Of a DNA stretch of 54,677 bases, positions 8,380 to 15,441 are shown one piece after another. The stretch's first letter is position 1, and every line of letters starts with the position of its first letter. The translations under genes and the position numbers were made by a program. The stretch spans positions 1-54,677 of the forward strand of contig CAZHUY010000004.1 of NCBI GenBank assembly GCA_964535465.1, given 5' to 3'. The notes under the pieces are model-generated. The model saw only the letters and a program-made list of their open reading frames with translations, searched no databases and had not been told where the DNA came from. The DNA is from an uncultured Myxococcales bacterium. Lineage in GTDB: Bacteria; Myxococcota_A; Polyangia; Fen-1088.

Positions 8380-10572
8380 GTGAAGATTGCATTTACTCAC
8401 AACCTTCGCTTAACAGACAGCGAAGACGAAGCTGAATTCGACACAGCGGAAACTGTCGATGCCATAGCAGACGGCTTACGAGCCGGCGGCCACGAGGTCG
8501 AGAAGATCGAGGTCACGGGACCAGCTTCTCACCTGGCGGCACGTCTGGAATCCTACGGGCCGGACCTGATCTTCAACACGGCCGAGGGACGGCGCGGGCG
8601 CACGCGCGAGGCCTTCTACCCGGCCTTGTTCGAGGAGTTGGGCTTCCCGTACACCGGCTCGGACGCGTACGTGCTGACGGTCACCCTCGACAAGTGGATG
8701 ACCAAGCTGGTGCTGGGAGCGCAGGGCATTGATACGCCGCGCTCGCGTCTGGTGGTTCAGGACGATGTGCAGCGCGCGCGCGACATCGGCCTGTGGGGGT
8801 TGGCCTTCCCGGTTCTGGTCAAACCCAACTTCGAAGGGTCGTCCAAGGGCATCGGCGACGAGGCCGTGGCCCGCGACGCACGTGCCCTGCTGGACATGTT
8901 GCCCAAGGCCCTGCGCCGCTATCCGGCCGGCGTGTTGGTCGAGGAGTTCGTCCCTGGCGATGACGTCACCGTCCCGTTCCTGGAGGGCGCGGGAGAGGAT
9001 GGCGTGCTGATGCCCGTGGACTACGTCATCGATCCGGCGGCCCGCAGCCGCTTCAACATCTATGACTATCGTTTGAAATCAGCCGAGGCCAACCGGGTGG
9101 CCGTGCGATGCCCGCCCGACCTGCAGCGCGACGTGGTGGCTCGGCTGCGTTCGGTAACCAAGCTGGCTGTCCGCACCCTGGGCGTGCACGACCTGGGGCG
9201 CGTCGATTTTCGCCTGGGTGACGACGGTCGCATCTATCTGCTCGAGGTCAACGCGCTCCCGTCGTTGGAGCGTGGTTCCAGCACCTTCGCCGCGGCCGCG
9301 CGCGAGGGCCTGGACTACCGGGCGGCCCTGGGCGCCATCGTGGCCAGCGCGGCTCGGCGTCAAGGACTCAGCGCGCCGCAGGTGGGGGGGAAGAAGCGCC
9401 GCAGCCCCGATGCCTTGCGCATCGGCTTCACCCACAACATGAAGCGCGTCGACTCCAAGCGTGGGGACGACGCCGAGGCCGAGTACGATGCGCCCGAGAC
9501 CATCGAGGCCATCCGCAGCGCCCTGGAGAGCTACGGACATGTGGTGCTGCCTATCGAAGCCACGGCCGAGTTGCCGCGCCAGTTGATGGATTCGCCGGTG
9601 GATCTGGTCTTCAACATCGCGGAGGGCGTGGAGGGCCGCAACCGCGAGGCCGCTGTCCCGGCCCTGTGCGAGCTGATGGGCATTCCTTACACCGGCTCAG
9701 ACGCGGCCACGCTCTCCATCGCGCTCGACAAGGCGCTGTCCAAGAAGGTGCTGCGCCAGCACGGCATCCTCACGCCGGAGTTTCAGGTCATGGAGACCGG
9801 GCGCGAGCGCCTGTCGCCCAAGATGGTCTTCCCCCTGATCGTCAAACCCAACCAAGAGGGTTCGTCCAAGGGTGTGAGCGCTCATGCCTCGGTGGTCGAC
9901 GACGAAGAATCCTTGCGCTTGGTGGTGCGCGAGCTGCTGGACAAGTACCGGCAGCCGGCGCTCATCGAACACTACATCGCCGGTCGGGAATTCACCGTGG
10001 GCCTGCTGGGCGACAAACGCCCGCGCGTCCTGCCGCCCATGGAGATCATGTTCCTGGACAAGGACAACCCGCGGCCGGTGTACGACTACCAGATCAAGCA
10101 AGAGTGGGAGAAGCACGTGTACTACCAGTGCCCCGCTCAACTGACGCCGTCGGAGATCAAGGCCATCGAGAAGGTGGCACGCGAGACCTTCGTGGCGCTC
10201 GACTGCCGGGATGTGGCGCGTGTGGACCTGCGCATGGATGCAGGCGGGCAGTTCTACGTGCTCGAGGTCAACCCCCTGCCGGGCTTGACCCCCGAGTACT
10301 CCGACCTGTGTCTCATCGCCAAGGCGGCCAACATCGACTATCGCTCGCTCATCGGCGAGATCCTGGCGGGCGGACTCAAGCGCCTGCGCGAAAAGCGTCG
10401 GGCCGGTGCGCGCGAGGCGGAAGCGGCCCGCGGCGAGGGCAACGGCAAGTCCGAGAGCAGGGCCGAGAACGGCAATGGCAAGCACGAGGGCAACGGCAAG
10501 GGCGAAGCCAATGGCAAGGCCGAGCGTGCGTCCGCCGAGAAGACCCCGTCCGCGGTGCCCGAGACCCCCTGA
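8380..10572 (+). CDS. Tandem-duplicated D-Ala-D-Ala-ligase-like ATP-grasp enzyme (two complete ligase modules in one polypeptide) with an Asn-Gly-Lys repeat tail
   Basis: GTG start. The two halves align motif by motif: KIAFTHN/RIGFTHN, DLIFNTAEGRRGRTREA/DLVFNIAEGVEGRNREA, GFPYTGSD/GIPYTGSD, FPVLVKPNFEGSSKGI/FPLIVKPNQEGSSKGV, RVDFRLGDDGRIYLLEVNALPSL/RVDLRMDAGGQFYVLEVNPLPGL. The C-terminal tail is GEGNGKSESRAENGNGKHEGNGKGEANGK. Confidence 0.85.
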   Translation: MKIAFTHNLRLTDSEDEAEFDTAETVDAIADGLRAGGHEVEKIEVTGPASHLAARLESYGPDLIFNTAEGRRGRTREAFYPALFEELGFPYTGSDAYVLTVTLDKWMTKLVLGAQGIDTPRSRLVVQDDVQRARDIGLWGLAFPVLVKPNFEGSSKGIGDEAVARDARALLDMLPKALRRYPAGVLVEEFVPGDDVTVPFLEGAGEDGVLMPVDYVIDPAARSRFNIYDYRLKSAEANRVAVRCPPDLQRDVVARLRSVTKLAVRTLGVHDLGRVDFRLGDDGRIYLLEVNALPSLERGSSTFAAAAREGLDYRAALGAIVASAARRQGLSAPQVGGKKRRSPDALRIGFTHNMKRVDSKRGDDAEAEYDAPETIEAIRSALESYGHVVLPIEATAELPRQLMDSPVDLVFNIAEGVEGRNREAAVPALCELMGIPYTGSDAATLSIALDKALSKKVLRQHGILTPEFQVMETGRERLSPKMVFPLIVKPNQEGSSKGVSAHASVVDDEESLRLVVRELLDKYRQPALIEHYIAGREFTVGLLGDKRPRVLPPMEIMFLDKDNPRPVYDYQIKQEWEKHVYYQCPAQLTPSEIKAIEKVARETFVALDCRDVARVDLRMDAGGQFYVLEVNPLPGLTPEYSDLCLIAKAANIDYRSLIGEILAGGLKRLREKRRAGAREAEAARGEGNGKSESRAENGNGKHEGNGKGEANGKAERASAEKTPSAVPETP

Positions 10573-10581
10573 GTTTTTCCT

Positions 10582-10655
10582 CACAGAGAACACAGAGTCC
10601 AAACAAGAAGAATTCGACACCCCCTCGTCTCCCCTCCGTCTCTGCGTCCTCTGTG
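10582..10655 (+). repeat. Inverted CACAGAG heptad pairs in the comparatively AT-rich spacer between the tandem ATP-grasp gene and the DmpA gene
   Basis: CACAGAGAACACAGAG (10582-10597) matches the reverse complement of CTCTGCGTCCTCTGTG (10640-10655) at 14 of 16 positions. The arms are separated by a loop of about 42 nt. Confidence 0.55.
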
Positions 10656-10684
10656 TCCTTTGTGGTTAACTCCCTCTGGCAATC

Positions 10685-11821
10685 ATGAGACAGCGGCTAC
10701 GCGATCTGGGTTTCTCCATCGGGCAAATTCCCCCCGGCCCCCTCAACGCCATCACCGATGTACCAGGGGTCAGGGTAGGGCACACCACCCTGATCGAGGG
10801 TGAAGGGCCGCTGGTGGTGGGCAAGGGGCCGGTGCGCACCGGCGTGACCGCCATTCTGCCGCCCGACCCGATCTTCGCCGAGCGTGTCCTGGCCGGATCC
10901 TTCGTGCTCAATGGGGCGGGCGAGGTCTCGGGGTTGACTCAGGTGGTGGAGTGGGGACTGCTCGAAACCCCCATCCTGCTCACCAGCACCATGTCGGTGG
11001 GCAAGGTTTCCGACGCGACCGTCAAGTGGATGACCCGCCGTTTTCCCGGCATCGGCACCGAATACGACGTGATCATCCCCATCGTCGCGGAGTGCGACGA
11101 CTCGTGGTTGAACGACGCCGTGGGTCGGCACGTTCGCTCCGAGCACGTCTACCGCGCCATCGAGCAGGCCGCGAGCGGCCCCGTGGGCGAGGGCTGCGTG
11201 GGCGCGGGTACCGGGATGGTCACCTGCGACTTCAAGGCGGGCATCGGCACCAGCTCGCGCCGGGTCACGATCCACGGGTTGCACGGCGACGCCGCGCCCC
11301 TGACCTACAACCTGGGCGTGTTGGTGCAGAGCAACTTCGGGGTCATGCCCTCTCTGTGCATCGCCGGTGCGCCCGTCGGTCAGATGCTGGAGCCGCGCTT
11401 CGTCGAGGCTGCCAAGCGGACCTTCAACGCCGGCTCGATCATTTGTGTGGTGGCCACCGACGCGCCCTTGTTGTCATCGCAGATCGACCGGCTGTGCAAG
11501 CGCGCCGCCCTGGGCATTGGCCGCGTGGGATCGTTCGCCGCCCACGCCTCCGGCGAGATCATCATCGGCTTCTCCACCGCCAACAAAGTGCCGCGCGTGA
11601 CCTCGGGCATGACCCACCGGATCGAGGTGCTGCTCGACGACGTGTGCGATGGGCTTTACCAGGCGGTGATGGAATGCACCGAGGAGGCCATCGTCAACGC
11701 CTTGTGCATGGCCGAGGACATGACCGGCGCGTCCGGGCACTTCGCCCCAGCCTTGCCGCTCGGTCGGCTGTCCGAGATCCTGTCGCGCCATCGAGACGCC
11801 CAAAAGATCGATCCGCCGTGA
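10685..11821 (+). CDS. DmpA/BapA-type aminopeptidase (peptidase family P1/S58, Ntn-hydrolase)
   Basis: The N-terminus GPLNAITDVPGVRVGHTTL...VRTGVTAILP is typical of the family. Also present: GAGTGMVTCDFKAGIGTSS and a glycine-rich core. Confidence 0.85.
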   Translation: MRQRLRDLGFSIGQIPPGPLNAITDVPGVRVGHTTLIEGEGPLVVGKGPVRTGVTAILPPDPIFAERVLAGSFVLNGAGEVSGLTQVVEWGLLETPILLTSTMSVGKVSDATVKWMTRRFPGIGTEYDVIIPIVAECDDSWLNDAVGRHVRSEHVYRAIEQAASGPVGEGCVGAGTGMVTCDFKAGIGTSSRRVTIHGLHGDAAPLTYNLGVLVQSNFGVMPSLCIAGAPVGQMLEPRFVEAAKRTFNAGSIICVVATDAPLLSSQIDRLCKRAALGIGRVGSFAAHASGEIIIGFSTANKVPRVTSGMTHRIEVLLDDVCDGLYQAVMECTEEAIVNALCMAEDMTGASGHFAPALPLGRLSEILSRHRDAQKIDPP

Positions 11822-11838
11822 CATAGTGTTCGTCAGGC

Positions 11839-12888
11839 ATGCGCATCGCTTTTCTGGTCCCTGAGGCCAAAGTCCAGCAGCCCAGCTTCGGGGGGATCCA
11901 TCTGGCCTGGGCCGCCCAACGCCGAGGTCACGAGGTGTGCTTCGTGTCTTCGCACGATCTGTCGTTTCTCGACGACAACACCGTCCTGGCCAGCACCGTG
12001 CGGGTGCGCGCCGGCGAGTACCGCCGGCCGGCGGACTTCCATGCCGCCCTGGTCTCCGGCGAGGCGGTGCGCGAGGAGGACGCGTTGAGTTCTTTCGACG
12101 TGATCTTCTTGCGCTACAACCCTCTGCGCGAGCCGCCCGGCCAGCCGGCCTCGCCCGTCATCGACTTTTGCTGGCGCCTGCGGGTGGGCGGTGCCTTGGT
12201 GGTCAACGATCCCGAGGGCGTGCGTCGCGCCTGGGGGCGCCTGTACCTGGCCGATCTGCCGGCCGAGGTGCGCGCGCGCACCATGGTTTCGCGATCGCCC
12301 GAGGCCATCAAAGCCTTCCTGCGCGAACTGGACAAGCCGGCGGTGCTCAAGCCCCTGGCCCATGCCGGGGGAGAGAAGGTCTTCTTCCTGCCGCGACGCC
12401 AGTCGAAGAATCTCAATTCCATCATCAGCGCCATCACGCGAGAGGGCTACGCGGTGGCGCAAGAGTACCTGCCCGAGGCCAAGGGCGGCGAGAAGCGTAT
12501 CCTGCTCCTGGGCGGCGCCCCCATTCGCGTCGGGGAGCAGGTGGCCATCTACCGGCGTCGGCCCTCGCCGCAGGTGGGACACGCGGCGCCGTCTCGCGGA
12601 AAGGCCCTCTCACGCGCGGGGCGTTGTCACTTCGGCGCCAGCGAACAGAAGGTTTGCGACCTGCTTCGCCCCAAGCTGTTGGCCGACGGCCTCTACTTCG
12701 TCAGCGTGGATGTGGTGGGGGACAAGATACTGGAGTTGAACGTGTTTTCGCCTGGGGGCATTCACTCGCTGCGCGAGATCTATCGCATCGATGTCGCCAC
12801 CGTGATCATCCGCGATCTCGAGCGACGCGCCCGCCTGCGCGCCGCCTATCGCGGCACGGCAGATCCCGAAGCTGCGGATATCGCCTAG
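11839..12888 (+). CDS. Glutathione-synthetase-like (GshB/RimK-type) ATP-grasp ligase
   Basis: Collinear with bacterial GshB: AAQRRGHEV, DVIFLRYNP, VLKPLAHAGGEKVFF, AQEYLPEAKGGEKRILLLGGAP, YFVSVDVVGDKILELNVFSPGG. The substrate loop region is divergent. Confidence 0.8.
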   Translation: MRIAFLVPEAKVQQPSFGGIHLAWAAQRRGHEVCFVSSHDLSFLDDNTVLASTVRVRAGEYRRPADFHAALVSGEAVREEDALSSFDVIFLRYNPLREPPGQPASPVIDFCWRLRVGGALVVNDPEGVRRAWGRLYLADLPAEVRARTMVSRSPEAIKAFLRELDKPAVLKPLAHAGGEKVFFLPRRQSKNLNSIISAITREGYAVAQEYLPEAKGGEKRILLLGGAPIRVGEQVAIYRRRPSPQVGHAAPSRGKALSRAGRCHFGASEQKVCDLLRPKLLADGLYFVSVDVVGDKILELNVFSPGGIHSLREIYRIDVATVIIRDLERRARLRAAYRGTADPEAADIA

Positions 12889-12910
12889 CAGGTTTCTGAC
12901 ACCCTCTTAG

Positions 12911-14203
12911 TTGGTGAGTTGCCCGGGATCTTGTACGCTGAGGTCCACGAGGTTAGGCGTGGAACTGCGCAACAGTCCCATCAGCAGCGAAACCGAGGCT
13001 CTGCCCGAGGGGGACACGTCTCTGCGCGAGGCGGCCCCTCAACTTGAGGTCGAGGAAGAGCCCTCCATCCCCAATCCGCCCACCGCGCCCGGCCCGATCT
13101 TCACCCTCTCGCCCGAGGAGATCACCCGCTTTTTCCAGCGCGCGCGAAGGGATCAGGACACCGAGCGCTGGGACGTGCGTTTGGACGCGGCCCTGCGCGA
13201 GATCCTTGAACGCGCCAACGATTTCGTTCCCTCGGAGTCGGGCGGCATCTTGCTTGACGATCCGCGCGCCAAGCTGGCGGGGGTTCGCACGCCCCGGCTG
13301 ACCTTCATCGCCACCTACGGTCCGGGGACGTCGCATCTGTTGGGCAAGCGCATCCCCAGCGATCGGGGCTTCGTGGGGCAGATCTACCGTTCGGGGGTGG
13401 CCTGCCGGACCGACCAGCTCTCCGACGAGGATCCCTTGACCATCGCCATGCCCGCGCGACCCGAGGGACGGCCGGTGGTCTCGGTCATCGGCATGCCGGT
13501 GGTGGTCGGCGAGTCCATCTGCGGCGTCCTGCAGCTCGTGAACCGGCGTTCGGGCGGTCCCTACAGCGCCCGCGACAGCGAGCTGTTGCGCATCTTCGCC
13601 GCCTACATGTCGTCCTCGATCCAGAACGCGCTGGATGCCATTCACGCCCGCGCCTTGGCGCGGCTGGATCACCTGACCGGACTGTTCAACAGTCGCTATT
13701 TTCACATTCGGCTGGAGGACGAGATCGCCCACGCCGATCACAACGCCACGGATCTGTCACTGCTCTTCATCGATCTCGACCACTTCAAGGCCGTCAATGA
13801 TCGCTTCGGCCACCTGGCGGGTAGCTGGACCCTGCGCGAGGTGGCCCGTTTGCTTTCGGAGAACGCGCCGCCCGCGGCGGTGCTGGCTCGCTACGGCGGG
13901 GACGAGTTCGTGGCCATCCTGCCGGGCAGCGACATCCATCGCGCGACCCAGACCGCCGAGGAGCTTCGTCGTGTCATCGCGGACGCGACCATGTTCGACA
14001 GCGAGACCGAGGGCGAACACAACGCTCAGCCTTTGCCGGGGGTGCGCGCTTCGATCGGGGTAGCCTCCTATCGCGAGCATCTGGCGCCGGGAGGCAACCA
14101 GCGGCGCCGCGAGAACTTGCTGTTACGACTGGCCGACGCCGCTATGTACCGGGCCAAGGCCAACGGCCGCGACCGGGTCGAGGTCGCCGACGCCGAAGAG
14201 TAG
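12911..14203 (+). CDS. GAF-domain diguanylate cyclase (GGDEF)
   Basis: GAF-like region (GGILLDD...GFVGQIYRSG...VIGMPVVVGESICGVLQLVN). GGDEF domain motifs: LDHLTGLFNSRYF, LLFIDLDHFKAVNDRFGH and RYGGDEFVAILPG. The start codon is uncertain (TTG at 12911 or GTG at 12914). Confidence 0.85.
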   Translation: MVSCPGSCTLRSTRLGVELRNSPISSETEALPEGDTSLREAAPQLEVEEEPSIPNPPTAPGPIFTLSPEEITRFFQRARRDQDTERWDVRLDAALREILERANDFVPSESGGILLDDPRAKLAGVRTPRLTFIATYGPGTSHLLGKRIPSDRGFVGQIYRSGVACRTDQLSDEDPLTIAMPARPEGRPVVSVIGMPVVVGESICGVLQLVNRRSGGPYSARDSELLRIFAAYMSSSIQNALDAIHARALARLDHLTGLFNSRYFHIRLEDEIAHADHNATDLSLLFIDLDHFKAVNDRFGHLAGSWTLREVARLLSENAPPAAVLARYGGDEFVAILPGSDIHRATQTAEELRRVIADATMFDSETEGEHNAQPLPGVRASIGVASYREHLAPGGNQRRRENLLLRLADAAMYRAKANGRDRVEVADAEE

Positions 14204-14217
14204 GGGCTCCCCCCTAC
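14200..14217. terminator. Short GC-rich palindrome spanning both stop codons of the convergent GGDEF and flgM-like genes (possible bidirectional terminator hairpin)
   Basis: GTAGGGG-CTCC-CCCCTAC forms a 7-bp stem with a 4-nt loop. There is no U-tract, so terminator function is uncertain. Confidence 0.3.
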
Positions 14218-14414
14218 TGTCGCTTCAAGGCCCGGACCAGGATCCTGAGGGCCAGCCTTTGCGGCTCAACCTGATACTGCCCTGCCGCTACCATCTGCCG
14301 GAGTTCTTCGACCCGTGCCGTGCGGTCGACATCGCCTTGAGAAGCAGAAGCAATGAGATTCGCGGTGCGAGGGCCGCGTCGAGTACCGATTGTGAGTGCC
14401 ATACCCACACACAT
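14214..14414 (-). CDS. flgM: FlgM-like anti-sigma-28 factor (short)
   Basis: The C-terminal segment ARVEELRQMVAAGQYQVEPQRLALRIL follows the FlgM sigma-binding pattern (compare Salmonella [27 protein letters not shown]). It lies directly downstream of a FliA-type sigma gene. An AGGGAG Shine-Dalgarno-like sequence precedes the ATG. Confidence 0.65.
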   Translation of the reverse strand: MCVGMALTIGTRRGPRTANLIASASQGDVDRTARVEELRQMVAAGQYQVEPQRLALRILVRALKRQ

Positions 14415-14482
14415 CGGTCACTCCCTGGGGATCTTAAGGAGTTTTTTTTCTGCTCCTATTTTTATCGTTTGAATTCAAGGGT

Positions 14483-15247
14483 TTAGGCTGCCGCCGTTTC
14501 TTCTAGATCGCCAAGGGTTTCGCGCAGTCGGCGTGTGGCTTCGCCATGAATCTGGCAAACGCGAGACTCGGTCACACCGAGCACATGGCCGATCTCCTTC
14601 AGGTTCAGGTTTTCGCAGTAGTACAGCGACAGAACCTGCTGCATCTTCTCCGGCAGATCATCGATCCCCGCCACCAAGCGCGCCAGGGTCTCACGATGAG
14701 CCGTCACTTCGAACGGATCGGGCTGGCTGTCGTCACGCGTGCGCTCGAGGAAGTCCGGGCCGGCATCGTCGATGCCCACGACGGACGAGCCGCTCAGTTT
14801 CTGTTGGCGCGAATACAGCTCCTGCACGTTGAGACCCAGAGTCTCGGCCAACTCCGCGTTGTCCGGGGTGCGGCCAAGCTGCGATTCCAGCTTGCGGGTC
14901 GCCTCGCGCAGTTCATTGGACAGCCGACGCATGTCGCGCGAGAGCGTGTCGCGCGAACGCAGATCGTCCAGCATGGCACCGCGGATGCGGAACTCTGCGA
15001 AGGCCTCGAAGCGATCGACGCGCTTGGGATCGAAGCGCTCCGCCGCCTCCATCAGACCGATGACCCCCGACGAGATCAGATCGTCGATCTCCACATGGGC
15101 GGGCAGGCGACGAGCGAGTCGACGCGCCACCTTCTCGATGTAGGGAAAAAACTTAGCTGCGTATTCGCGACGTCGAGCTGCCAGCATCTTGGCAGACGGT
15201 TTCCGCGCCTTGCTACCCTTGCTCTTCTTGCTCCTGGCCTTTCGCAT
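14483..15247 (-). CDS. FliA/WhiG-family (group 3, sigma-28-type) RNA polymerase sigma factor
   Basis: Region 2 (DLISSGVIGLMEAAERFDP...FEAFAEFRIRGAMLD), region 3 (LGRTPDNAELAETLGL) and region 4 (LSLYYCENLNLKEIGHVLGVTESRVCQIH). I chose the ATG at 15247 (MRKARSKK) over the GTG at 15277. Confidence 0.85.
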   Translation of the reverse strand: MRKARSKKSKGSKARKPSAKMLAARRREYAAKFFPYIEKVARRLARRLPAHVEIDDLISSGVIGLMEAAERFDPKRVDRFEAFAEFRIRGAMLDDLRSRDTLSRDMRRLSNELREATRKLESQLGRTPDNAELAETLGLNVQELYSRQQKLSGSSVVGIDDAGPDFLERTRDDSQPDPFEVTAHRETLARLVAGIDDLPEKMQQVLSLYYCENLNLKEIGHVLGVTESRVCQIHGEATRRLRETLGDLEETAAA

Positions 15248-15441
15248 GTGCGTCCCCCAATGCAGGTCACGTGCCACCGGGGACAGATCGCTAAGCCTTT
15301 GAGATCACATGCCCAGCGAACGCGCGTGGTCATGTGATCGTCATGGGGATGACGATTTGACGGCGGTCGCACCGTCAACGGGGTGACAGTGGACCGTCAG
15401 CCAGCCCGACGGTCACTCCGGCGCGCGTTCGCGGAGCACGC

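Noticed and set aside
9666-10688. 340-aa alternative-frame ORF inside the tandem ATP-grasp gene
   Set aside because: The overlapping frame (8380-10572) has duplicated ATP-grasp motifs. The alternative frame is Arg/Gly/Pro-rich with no motifs.
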